From: Fimicolochytrium jonesii
Taxonomy: Eukaryota
Direction of reading: 5' to 3'
Assembly: GCF_025526975.1 (NCBI RefSeq)
Contig: NW_026515668.1
Coordinates: 1,178,001 to 1,242,000 of the forward strand
DNA: 64,000 nt
The position numbers and the translations under genes are program-made. This document shows positions 51,912 through 64,000 of this stretch, one piece after another (the stretch's first letter is position 1; each line of letters opens with the position of its first letter). The notes below the pieces were generated by a model that worked only from the letters and a program-made list of their open reading frames with translations, was not told the origin of the DNA and made no database searches.

Positions 51912-52706
51912 TGAGCAGATCCTGACCTTGTCGGGGGGATTCGTCGAAGGAATGGAGTGTACGCCTTTTGATATAGTATCGGTAACGAGAAGTGATCGAT
52001 GCCAAGCTACCGAAGTGGAAACTTGTTCGTAGCGAAAGGCTAGCTCTCGCCCCTAGAATACGGGAGACTACACTCCTGGTGCGTAGCAAAGCCAAAGAGC
52101 GCTGTTTCCCTGCTGTGCTTTTGGCACGCTGAAAGACTCAGAACCTCGCACGAAATCGAAAAAGGATCACGTTCGGAGGGAGCCCGGTAATCCCAAGACT
52201 GTGGATGAAGCAGTAAACCAAGCGAAACGGAGGGCGGTATACAGTACGGTATTGCCTCAGCGCTGTGGACAAACCCGTGGGTTCCAACGACTGCTTCGAA
52301 TTGCTTCGAAATGCGACGAGTGCAAAGCGGAGCAGCAAAGCAGCAGAGAGCCCAGTTGCAAAGCGAGATCGCTGGTGTTGGTTGATCTGGATTCTGTCCA
52401 AGGAACTCTACGCGGCACGTGATCACAAACAGTGTAAATGGCAGGGTTAGGGTTAGCGTTACACCCCTCACCGTCTTGTCCCCCGTACGGCCGCAACTTC
52501 AAGAGTCCATGAGGTTATACATGAGGTTATACATGAGACTGCCACAGTATTTATTTGCAAAAATGGAGGAAAACCACTCAAGCCCACAGGGGCCAGGGCT
52601 CATTACGACGTCAAAAACTAATTACGACGTCGGCCGCTACATTACGCCGAGCTCCACGGTATATAATATACATAAGGTTTCCCTCAAAAACCTCTGTATG
52701 GAGGAT

Positions 52707-53333
52707 TTAGAGGTTTGCGGGTGCTTGCCGCCGGCCCGCGAACTTGTGCAGCTTGTGCATGCCGACCGATCCAATGGTGAGCCAGAGGATTCCGAAAAAC
52801 AAGAAAACAGCGGCGGCGCCACCACACGCCTTCAGGATGGTATCGCAATCGGTAGCGCAATCGAACTTGAGGGTCTCATCCGTGCGGTGATGGAAGCCGT
52901 AACCGGCATCGCAAGCAGTGGTGGTGCCGTTGTTCGTGCTATCCAGGCAGCTCTTCCGAACGACAATTCCGGCCACTAATGTGACGATCGCCTGGACGAC
53001 AGACACTCCCCCCATTCCCAAGAGTACGGGTGACCGGGTATACCGGTTGTACCAGAAGCAAAGTAGGAGAACGGCAAAGGGGCCAATGAACTAAGAGAGG
53101 ATCAACTTGTAAGTCCACTGAACGCATTTCCGAAAAGAAGCACCACGCAAACCCGAACACTCTGCATGTTCGGGAATCTGACTTACGATTGTGGTGATGA
53201 TGGCGACAATAAGGGCGAGACGATTGTGATGGGGTTCTGTAACCGTTGCGACGCCGTTGTGAGGTTGAGCATGGTGATGCGGCGCAACTTTGTCGTGCTC
53301 GCTGACGATGGGATGGGTCTGTCGGCTGTCCAT
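52707..53333 (-). CDS. Hypothetical small multi-pass membrane protein (about 176 aa; exons 53333-53187 and 53090-52707)
   Basis: A GTAAGT...TAG intron joins LALIVAIITTI to FIGPFAVLLLCFWY; further hydrophobic segments flank a Cys-rich loop. Confidence 0.55.
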
Positions 53334-54537
53334 GATGATATGTGTCTCGGCTGGGGATCGGAGTCGTTGTTGGTATGTTCCGGTAAGAGGCGTTAGTTCG
53401 GCGGGCGAAAGAAGGCAACAGGGAGTTTTATATCCAAACCCGGACGTTGAACTTGGACGGCCGGCCGCCAGACGCCCGCCCCATCTTGGACGTCATCTTC
53501 TTTTTCAGTTTTCTGCCCCATGTGCGTTGTGTTGCCGTTGGAGCCCCACGGTCGCCAATGGTTAGGAAGTAATGCCCATGACGTTGCGGTATCACGATGG
53601 CTTGCGGCTCAGGTGAGTACCGGATGCAGAGCCTCGTAAAAGTTTTCGATCACAGCTGCCAGCGGTCAAAATTTTGCGTCCCAGAGCAACCAGCAAATCG
53701 CGCACCTTTCTGTCTATAACTGTCGCACTTGCGTCGTCATCTGTGGAACCTTGTCGCGCACTTTTCCTTTGCCACCCCACCAAAGCCCCAAGGGGCGCGG
53801 GAGATCGGGGTCACGCGACCCTGCCCCAGAAGGTGCGTCAAGCTTTTTCGGCTACATTCGGTGCAGATAGATCCACAACCGTCGTTTCTTTGCCAATTTT
53901 CAGTAGTGATGACGATATTTGATGAGATTTGGTCCGTGTCCGTTGAAGCTTGATCTTGACGATGCAAGTTTACGGTCCCGACCTCCGACGTAAGGCCCCG
54001 GGGGTCTGGGGGGTATGGTAGAAACGTCGCAGCGGTGGAGAGTCTGTGCGTGCCCCTTGTCTCGAGACTAGGGGCGAACCAGAAGAGTGTGACTAGCTGG
54101 CCTGTCCGTTCCAGCTGTGGCCATGCTTTCGATGTCTTCGGGCCGGCAGGTTCTGAGCCTCGAGACAAGTTTTTCATGTAAAGGTTCGCCAGCCCAAGTG
54201 CGCGGGGTAAGAGTGAGCTATTCTTTCCGACCCACCATTCAGAGTCGCTACTTAAATCAAGGGAACAGGGGAACAATGCTATGCGCAAGTGAGCAAATTG
54301 AGTCGCTCCTTTCCCCATCAAAATGGGAATAGACTCTGGAAGCCGTTGGTTCCTGGAACTCCAATATCATCCTCAGCTCGGGTTTTATTTTTGAATTTTA
54401 CAAGTAACGGCGATTCATACAAGATAGTTTTTCTATCCCCGGGACTATAACGTAAACGGGTCGCTGATTCTTTTCCAGCTGGCAGCACCAAAGGGTATAA
54501 ATGCTCAACATCTGTGGAGTCCCAAGAGAACTCTTGT

Positions 54538-55435
54538 TCAGTGAAGACCCAGCGAAGGACGACCGGCAGTGGGCGCCGATCCGTCCGCGCGGTATAACCC
54601 CGTTCCGGTCATAGAGCCACCACGCTTCTCGAACTCTTCCAAAGAAATGGGTGGGTTGTATCGGATTTCTTGCACGCGAGGGGCCGTCGTGTGGTGCTCG
54701 TAGATGGGCTGTGAGGTGTGGTAGACGTGCTGTACGGCAATCGGGTGAATTGGAAGAGTATGAGAATCTCGATGTTGTATGTGTGACTAGAAATTCAGTT
54801 ACCGTCTCGTCAATGGTACGCCAGATAACGGGCTGCACCTCCTCAATAACATGCACGTTGATCTTCTCCTTTACAACTGGGTTGTTCTGGAAAGTGCCTT
54901 GATCGATCCGTTCTACGGACTTGCCACCAGTAGTAGCAAGCTCCCTTTGTGCGCGGTACCGGTTCGCATCAGCGGGGTTGAGGGGCTCCGAGAGCTCGCG
55001 AGAGACAAGAGCCGCCTGCGCGTGGTGGTGAACGGGCTCGGCAACGACGTGGTCCTTGATGGGCTGGATGACCTGCTGGACAATTGTCTCGTCCCGCTCG
55101 CGGTCGATGTGCGGGGTGATGTGAGTCTCTTGACGCTGGCGCAGTTGCTCGATGAGGTACGGCGCATTCTGGACACGGCAGACCTCGGTGTTGCTCTTGG
55201 CGGGGACGAGACTGTTTCCGGGAGTCGAGGGTCCCCCCGCAGCGTAACGTCCGCTGTTGCCGGCCGATTGACCTTGGCCGCCGCCCCGCACGTCCCAGGC
55301 ACGACTGTTGTTCAAATCCGTGAAGTTGCTAGTGGCAGCAGCTGGTCCACGACCGCCGTTACTTTGGTGTTGCGGGCCGCTGTTTGTGAAACCACCATAG
55401 TTGGTGGGCTGGTTGGCGGCAGAAATGAGACCCAT
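54538..55435 (-). CDS. Uncharacterised His/Val/Glu-rich fungal-type protein (exons 55435-54803 and 54729-54538)
   Basis: Internally repeated IVQQVIQPI and VIEEVQPVI segments; GTAACT...CAG intron in frame; resembles a fungal family often loosely annotated 'allergen'. Confidence 0.7.
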
Positions 55436-55966
55436 TTTTGCTGAATCGATAACCTTGGCGGTGTCGTTGATTTTCGAGAGTGTTGCAGCGGCAGGTAGTC
55501 TGTGCGATGCCCGGGACTATCACTAGCTCAGATACTGAGGATGATGAGGACAGATTTTCTTTAATGTCAGGCGGGCGAGGTTGGTTTGCTCTTTAAGTAC
55601 ATGCCTACGGGAAGGTATAGAAGTCCGACAAAATTGGCCCGGCGGTGCTGGCCCGTACATGATGATGGCTGTGTCCACGGCCCTAGAAGAGTAGTTGAAA
55701 ATCAATGCGGTTCTGAAGGTCTGCGATCGAACGAAAATATCCGAGCGGAGTTTGGACCAATTGCTGACTCAATATTGTCGAAACACTGTCAATTTCTGCA
55801 TATGAAAACATGGTACGGGCTGATTCTGTGACATACTACGCAAACGAGCATTTCGGCGCAAGCGCTTCGGAGATGTCACTCAACTAGAAGAACACCTCGC
55901 AAAGAAATTCTCTGACTACTGGTTAAACGAAAGAAAATCGTCGACTCTGGCGCAGAGCGGACTAGG

Positions 55967-58171
55967 TCAGAAAGGGAGTTGACGGAAGGGGAAGTGCCCC
56001 ATGAACCACCTGTATCCATCAAAAGAAGTATCCGCGTGCCAGAGGAAGACGTCCGAGCTAGCACTCTTTGCTTGAAGTGTTGAAGTAGCGGCGGATGCAT
56101 CGGCTATAAACGAAGGCGGACCGCAAATGAAAACTCCGACCTGTCTCTTCGCTGACGAAGTGCTTCGGAGTAAATCCGAATTGACGGTATCTGCAGAGCA
56201 GCAGCCCACGTCAATTCATATCCTTTCGCCACCGCAACTTGGTTTTACTGGCAAAGCTGATGCGGCCGGGAGATATGGAGTGTGGACGCGGCTCCGTCTG
56301 CCGTCACCTCGCCTGTGCCTTCCCGTATGCTGTTTTTCTCCATGTCATCGACACGGATCTCCTCCTCAAGATAATCGACCTTGATTGCCGTGGCCTTTTC
56401 TGCCGTGTTGTGTATGTGAAGCTGGGGTCCTGTATCAAGTATATCTAGTAATGATGGCCAAGAAAGGCCAGTGCATGGCTATGAGGCCAGACTTTTCAGC
56501 TGAAGAAACACCAACCCTCCAAGAGCGAAACCGGCTTCTGTAGATCCCTGCGAGTGGACCACGCCAAGATGACCCGCTGGGCCTTGGAACCAGATGAAAA
56601 AGCCGCTCTGGCCACCGAAAGGCCCGGAGGCAAACCGGTCCCCGCGACTAGAACGACGACCATATCCATGCGAGCAGGCTTGAAGACGGGTACCCCGAAC
56701 CGTCCATCGGCAATTGATACGCATCAAAGAGCCCTCCTCTGTGTTACTCACTGATCCGCCGGTTACAGCCGCGGCGAAACGGGACGTCCATTCCTTGGTG
56801 GCTGAAGATGTCGCAGTGGCATCGACGAACAATGTTGCGCATCGCTGCCGTCGGGACGCATCATCGTGGCGTCGCTCTACGCGACCGGAGGAACGAGAGT
56901 ATCGCTCTGTCAGTAACCGTGTTTGCACACCGATTGAGAAAGCGCTCAAAATCAGCCAAACCTGAAAGGATGCTACTCGTATTTGGAGATGCTAGGAAGG
57001 TCTAGAAAGAAGAATTGCCCGGGTTCAGACTCTTAGGTAGAAGTCCAAGGGGGCGTGCAGGATGGCAAAGAAGAGCAGGAGGAAGAGCATGAAGGGGGTG
57101 AAGTAGAAGATATTGAAATGTCTCCGACGGAAGTAGGTAATGAACGGGGGTGCGAAAAGCAGTGTTTGAAACAAGTTACGATCGGAGACAAATCAGTAGA
57201 GGGCCGCACGTTGAAGATAACTGCGGATTACTTTCCCATTCCCCACATCGTCTTCATTTCCCAATCCATAGTGTAGGCACCGGAAGAAGGGGATGAGACC
57301 ACCATGTCTGGACGCAGAGAGGGCGGCCGACTAGACCCCATGCGGAATATCTCAGTTGAGATGAGACATCAATTCACTTGCGTGGCATCTATAGACGCTG
57401 TGTGGAGATAAACCGCGGTATGCAATAAGGTAGCGATGAAAAGGAAATATCCGATCCATCTGTGAAGCCTCAATGCACGGTCAAACGAAACGCCGAGGAG
57501 CGTTTGAAGGAAGGAGGTTCGAGAGACAGGCAAAAGGCACATTCCCAGTCCCACGTCTAGCACACGACCGCTGATCTGCGTGGCAATGTAGATAGGGATG
57601 CGAATAGGAGTGTCCAGCAGCCAGCTATAGAAGCCCCATGGGTTATTTATGGCATCACGGTAGGCTTTGGTCCAGAGACGAGATAATACGAGACGCCAAG
57701 CAAGATTTCAGTGAAAGGGAAACAGAGTACAGGATTCTTTCTGAAGCCTACCTAAGATTAATCGCGAAGAGAGCCGCAGTGGATGTAAATAGGACGAGCT
57801 CTCCGGTTGTGAAATTAGGAGCAAACTTTCCGACGGGAAACGGTTTCCTCACAATGCGGTGTACCACTGGCCATCTTCGTGCCTGCACATCCAGAGCGAG
57901 AGTGTCAGAGACCGGAGCTCGCTTGAAGGTGAGGATTCTGACGGGACTGCCCGCGAACAAACACGCAGCAACAAGGAACAGCCACACGTAAAACAAACTG
58001 AACGTGAGCGTGCAGGTATGCTTCACACCCGAGGCGACGCTCTCGACACAGTAGTCGTTCTTGCAAGGGAGTCCGACGACGTATAACCCGAAAATCAACC
58101 GAACGGGATGGCGGCGAAAGTCAGCGCAGATGCCAGGAAATGGGCATTCGGTAGGATGTAGAAGCTGTCAT
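55967..58171 (-). pseudogene. Ferric reductase/NOX-like membrane protein, apparently frameshifted; exon boundaries uncertain
   Basis: LLPVSR...LGVSFDRALRLHRWIG...LLH; RRRHFNIFYFT...ILHA; C-terminal VFICGPPSF; frames could not be joined cleanly. Confidence 0.65.
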
Positions 58172-58353
58172 TGCGGATAGCGGAGCTGTCAGTGGGTTGG
58201 GCAAAAATGAGCGCCAAGTAATCAATTCAATGTGGGCCACGTGAGCAGGGACATCCTCCCATACGTCAAAGTACGGTACGGTAAGATTCCCTTCTTCGAC
58301 CATCGTACATACATACGTCAAGTGGTGCGCTTACAACAATAGGAACAAGGAAG

Positions 58354-59064
58354 ATGGAGGGGCAAATACCACCGAAGAGCATCAAAGCGGCCCCGCTGAC
58401 CCGGGAAGCGTTTGCACCATACGGTGACGTGATTTGCAGTTTGCCAACGCCCGCGGACACTGCCAATCAAGGCACCGCCAAACGTTTCAATCATATCGGT
58501 AGGGTCTTTCGGTACTAGGGGAATGGGCATTGGGCTGTTCAAAGTCGGAGGGGCAGTGTCGGTGTCCATCAAACAGCAGCCCAGAATCACTCGAATTGAC
58601 AGCACGTCCGTAAAACAGCACAAATCACAAATCTCAGGAACAAAGCCAACCCCGCCCAGCCCAACCTCTGCGTCTTCCGTTGCGCGCCAACGCCCGTCCT
58701 ACCCTTCCCGATGAAGCTACTGGAGCGTCACAAGTTCTCATCGCAGTTCTTTGTGCCCATGACGCCAAATCAAGACGGAGCTCGCGGATACCTGGTGATT
58801 GTGTGCCTGAACGACCCTGTGAGGGATAAACCAGATTACAGGACGTTGAAGGCGTTTGTGGCATCGACGACCGAGGGTATCAACTACAGTGCTGGATGCT
58901 GGCATCATCCGATGATTGCGTTGGAGAGAGTGACCGATTTTTGCGTGCTGGTGTACGAAAGGAGGGAACTTCGAGAGGCTCCTGATGAGGACTGTGAGGA
59001 GGAGTTTTTGGCTGAGGAGTGCATTATTGAGGTTGACGGATTTAGAGGTGCATCCGAGCTGTAG
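58354..59064 (+). CDS. DAL3: Ureidoglycolate lyase (exons 58354-58498 and 58619-59064)
   Basis: PLTREAFAPYGDVI, ANQGTA, LLERHKFSSQFFVP and GINYSAGCWHHPM motifs. Confidence 0.9.
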
Positions 59065-59422
59065 TGAGGACACCACTCCTGGCTGCGTCCGAGTCTCTCC
59101 GATTGCAGAGCAGTTGACGAACGTCTCGAGCTCCACATGTCCGTGAGTAGATAGTTCGAGATATACAGATTACTCTGTTCGATTAGATGATAATATCCTC
59201 GAGGCCATACGTATAATGAGGTGCTATACGTCGTCAGGGCGGAATGGAAACCAGATTTATCTAATCAATGACGCCAACGGTCGAAAATGATACAGGGGGA
59301 TTCGACTTGCCCTCTCGCGGCCATCAAGAACAGTGAGATAGGGCCGTCGCAGAGGATGAGTGGGAATTTTCCAAAAACGCGGATCGAGAACAACGGGTGG
59401 GAATATGTACGATACCCCTCGA

Positions 59423-62400
59423 CTACGTGAATACCCTACGAGGTGCAAGCTTGTGAACGCCTCTGAACAGATTGGACAGCTGCTCTCCCTCCAGAAAGTG
59501 TACAGGGAAGCGAACCGCATGTCCTCTCACATTCTCCCGCAAGACATCCAATGCCGGGCGAACAGCCTTGGGATCCGGGTTCTCTTCGATCAAACACAAG
59601 CCAGATCCATTCGCAGACACGTCGTAATCGTCATCGTGGGTCTGCGGGTCGTTCGGTTTTGCGACAGCATTCCCTCGCAGCTCGTGAGCTTCTTGCTGTG
59701 TCACTTCTTTGATCTTGAAGTCCGCCACGACGCTGTTGATATCAACCCCATCGAGTTCCGTTCCGTCCGAGGTTGTGTCCGGGCTCGGTGCAAACTTCTC
59801 GTACTGACTCCAGGTGCGCACGGTATCGTCGGGGACGCAGTGGAAGACATGGCGCATAGCGAGAGTGTTTGTGTCAATGCGTGCGTGCCACATATCCCAG
59901 CACACCGACGAGATGGGGTCCAAAATGCGCTTCTCAACGACTTCGATGGATGATGTACCGCTTGGACCTCCTAGCACTTGTTCGGATGAGGAACCGCTGC
60001 TGCTCTTGCTTGTGCGATCAGCGCGGGGATCATGCACGTCGCGGAGGCCGGGCGGGAAGGGGATGCCGAGGTGCTCGTGGAAGAGCCGCAGACGCAAGGA
60101 GCTAGCGAAATGACACACTTGCGCAGGCTTGCCATCCATGGTGCCTTCGAAAGGTTGTGTGTCGGTGACGAGGATGGCTAGTTCCGAGTCCCGCGATCCC
60201 ATCTGCGATCGGTCGTTGATATTTGCACTTCCAATCAAGACATGACGATCATCGACAATCATCAGCTGGGAGACTTTCATGTTAGATGGGTGAAATGGTA
60301 GAAAAGAAACCATTCATAATAAGGTTCAAGGCTTACCTTGGCATGGATGTAAATCTGCTCAGTGACAATGCGGTTCCCAAGGATATCCCATTTGCGCAAT
60401 CCAGTGAAAATGATGTACTTCCTCGCCTCCTCCTGCGTGACACCGCCCTTGGCCAGCTCCGAAAAGACGCCTCGAATGCACTCTGTCTGTGCAGACAGCA
60501 CAAATGGGAGGGCAGGATCCGTATCGCCTTTCAGCACATCACCATAAAAAGCGGGAAAGAGCGGGATAACGATGTAGACCCGGAAAGTTTCTCCGGCTTT
60601 GTGAGCCCGGAGGATACGTTCGACTATGGCCGCAGCGATAGGGTTTCGAATTCTCACGCCAGAGATCGTAAACATCTGGCCGTGCTTCTTCTGGCGCCAG
60701 GGGATGCAGCTGCTTTCGTTCTGAGGTTGTTGTTTGGGGCCTGAATGCTGTGGTGATCCTCGATCCTGACGGGAGTCCGTCGATGTAGCTTCGATGTGTT
60801 CGGTAGGCGGCGAAAATTTCGAGATGAAGAATTGGTTCTCGATATACACGTAATGTTTCGCCTTATGGATGAGATCAATGTACGCCCTGTTGATCGATTT
60901 TTCGCGAGGAGAGCCGGCCGACCATTGAGACGCCGATCGCAAGACTTGCAGCCGACCCGTAAAGGATTTGGCCTTCGCTTCCTCCTCAGTCGGAGAGTTT
61001 GTCAGACCCTGACTGGGATACAGCCACGGCACCTTGACATTCTGCTTCTTCTTTTCCCATTTGGCGAAGTTCCATCGCTGGATGAAATGCCACACAAGAT
61101 CGTCCACGGGGCCCTCCACATTTTCCTCCCCTGGAGGTTTGCGGAAGGTGCATGCAATGTCATGCCATGGCATCCGCGGAGTGTAATCCCGCGAAATGAC
61201 GTCCTCAGTGATCTTCTCGCCCAGCTTGAAGAAATCTTTGACACGCGGGTTGCTATAGTCTTGCCCAGGGAACAAGTTCAAGATCGGTTTTGACGATGAT
61301 CCCTTTACGGAGTGTCGGTGGATCGCATCAGCGCTGCGACCCTGGAACTCAACAAGCTCGCCGCGTGGTGGCATGCCTTCGTCATGGTACGCTCCGTTCG
61401 CATCTGTATTGAATCGTACTTGTTTCGACGGCTCCGAGCCGGACGAAGAACGCTGCACACCATTCGGCACGCCTGCATGACCGTCTTGTTCTTCTTCTTC
61501 GGGCTCTTCGAAAATGGGTCGCACGATGTTTGATACCGCATCGTCCAACTTATTGCCCACGGTATGGGTAATCGATGGACAGTCCACCATGTTATGTTCC
61601 CCGCTCATTCTGAACCCTTCATCCAAGACGTGTCTTCCTGGCGAGGACGGGGACGGTGGTTCGACTTCTCCCTTCGAGTTGTACAAGACATCGTCACGCA
61701 ACGGATGCTCCGCCGTGTCATAGCGTCCTACACAGAGATCGACTCCTCCAATGAAGGCAATCTTCCTGTCGATGACAGCCGCTTTCTCGTGATGAGCCCA
61801 CATGACGGAATCGAGAACAGGGCCGATGAATCCTCTGCCTTGGTCGGGGTGTCGAAGTAACACAATGTTTGACTTGTTCTTGAGGTGCAGTTCACCGTCG
61901 GGATCCTCAACCGACTCGTCAAGGTAAAAGTATGGGTCTCTGTGGCCCGTTAGCTCTTCTTTCGCGTGGAGAGAGGCGTTTGGCAGATTCATCTCCTTGT
62001 ATAGCAAGATAAAAATGCGCACTCCTTGGTTTGCCTTTTGGAAGAGAAGGCGATCCAACCTCGATCCGAGATGTTCGGGGTGAACACCATCCGGCGCACG
62101 CAGTAGGAAGATCTCCGGCGTCAAGAACCAATCGGCGATCAAGATCTCCTTTTCGGCGTTGAAGATGGCATCGTAGACTTGTTCAAAGTGAGAGCTGCCG
62201 TCCACCAACCAGCGCACATGCTGCTCTGACTGGCCGTATCGCACGGGTGCAAAGGCGTCATAGCGACCGACGTCAGCCTGTACGTCTCTGTACCAGGTGG
62301 TCATCTGGCGACGGAATTCAAGTTGAGATGCCCATTCACGTGCAACACGGGCACGTCCGCGCCCTCCAACTCTGTAGTGAAAGTCAATCAGGAGATCACG

Positions 62401-64000
62401 GAATCCGTTGAGGATGGCCAAGTGATGTTTCTCGCGAACCCAGATTTCGTTTGTGCGTTTGTTGAAGGGTCGTAACAGCAATGCGTTGCGGACAGCATGG
62501 TGCTGACGGCCTCCTGGTCGAGTGTTGACACGGTCTTCCTTTGACCCCGCCGGGTCCTCATCGTACGGCCGAAGATCCACCTCTTTTCGTTGCGTATCCT
62601 TGTGAAGCACTTGGAAATAGCCATCGATGAGCATCAGTTCCTGAGGGGTAATATCCATGGGACTGTAGAAATACAGCAGGTAGTTGGACCGCAAAGCGAG
62701 CCAACGTCGTTGCGATCGCCGGGGTACTAGGAAGTCCGGGAAGCAAAAGACGTCATTCTTGCGACCGCCTCTGCGCTTCCGTGCCCAGCCCTCCTTGCCC
62801 TTGACGCCATTCTCCCATGTTCCGATAAGACTTGTTCGAGACAGTTCGATGAAGCCACAGACAACCATACCCCTCCGACGTTCTTCAACGGCATGCTCAT
62901 CCTCTCCCAAAATGTTCCACGGTTCCTTCACTTCCTTCAAGATGCGACGAAGGAAGTTCACCAGCTCCTCTCCGTTCTTTTCTGACTTGTCAGCTCCTTT
63001 CGGGAGCGGGGTCGGGCCGGTAGGACGGTGGAAGCGGTTATCGGTATCGGCTTCTTCAGCTTTCTCATCAAACGCCTCGCGCTCCTGAGAAGTGCTCCTT
63101 TGCGGGTTGGCCTGCACCTTAAGCTGTTCTAGATGGGTAGGGCTCTTTTTGCACCTGTTCCTAAGATGCTTCTGAATTGATCGAAACCGAAAGTCAGTGT
63201 GTCGATTAGGCTCGCAGAGGAGGGCCGAGAAACGATGGAAGTCCTTGGGCCTGGCGCTCAACATCCAATGAGTTCCAGACGGTTTGTGAGTAATTTCAAA
63301 CTCGTGCGCATCTTTTCGGTGGCCAGGGATGGGCGGACCCCGGAAAGATTTCATTTTGACGTTCTGCCAATCGTACCACCTCTGCTTCAGAAACGGAACG
63401 GTCTTGAGTAGCTTCACCTCCAGATCCGCAAACATGGGCTCAGGATATCCGGTGTCACTGCCACTGACAAACATGCCCTCTGGACTCTCTCCGGACACGT
63501 CTTCGAGCGAATCCTCGGATGTTCTTCCGAGATCGTCGGTGCTCTGCATGGCCGTGCGAGCCCGTTCCCGCCAAGCCCGAAGCTTTTCGACGGTGGCCTT
63601 CCGTGACATGAACCTGAAAGGAGAATCTTCCTGGGTCGGAGTAGACTGGATTGGGGGTGTCCCCTGAGCATGGTGTTCCCCTGGACGTTGTGGAGTTGTC
63701 TGTGCAAAGGGAGCATGAGAGTTATCGGTGGCGCGCGACGGGGAGTCGGGCTCACCAGCGCCAGCGGCCGTCCGATTTTGAGCGCCCTGCTTGCTAGTGT
63801 CGAGAAAGCTCACCGGCCGGCGAGGCTGGACAGGAGGCCCTTTGCGAGCGAAAGGGTTCGGGGTCGGGCTCTGGTGAAATGTCGAGGACCGGGTTGTGAA
63901 GCGAAGAGGGTTATGGTGGTGATGTCCCGTCGTCGAGTGATCTGGAGCAGTGTCAGTGACCGACCGTCCTCTGGCTGGACTGATTGGCGGTTGCCGTGGC
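59423..64000 (-). CDS. Phospholipase D (PLD1/Spo14-like), 5' end beyond the window; intron 60336-60266
   Basis: Two HKD motifs (HHEKAAVID; HAK|LMIVDD...GSANINDRS), PRMPWHD, IENQFF, a PH-like KEGW..KR segment and a PLD-type C-terminus APRRVFT; frame open to 64000. Confidence 0.95.

Noticed and set aside
52419..52979. 186-aa plus-strand ORF
   Set aside because: Overlaps a better-supported spliced minus-strand membrane-protein gene.

Overview
Eukaryotic, intron-containing DNA that is most likely fungal (inferred from short GT-AG introns and the protein families present). Bases 1-45,859 are an unbroken pile of nested and mostly decayed LTR retrotransposons. These are four Ty3/Gypsy chromovirus families (labelled A-D here), one Ty1/Copia, and one miniature tandem element. 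After a short repeat and hairpin zone (45.9-46.8 kb) come ordinary host genes: poly(A) polymerase, a small membrane protein, a His/Val-rich protein, a degenerate ferric reductase, ureidoglycolate lyase and phospholipase D. The two most notable observations are: (1) a 915-bp tandem TRIM whose three LTRs each carry a tRNA-Glu(CTC)-like Pol III promoter, inserted with a target-site duplication (TSD) into family C; and (2) an intron-containing antisense gene encoding an NLS and two RING-like motifs inside the 3' region of family C. Also notable are the tRNA-independent self-priming signature in family A, an in-frame TAG before the chromodomain shared by all A copies, and an inversion traceable from its TSDs. 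All calls are by eye; no database searches were run.
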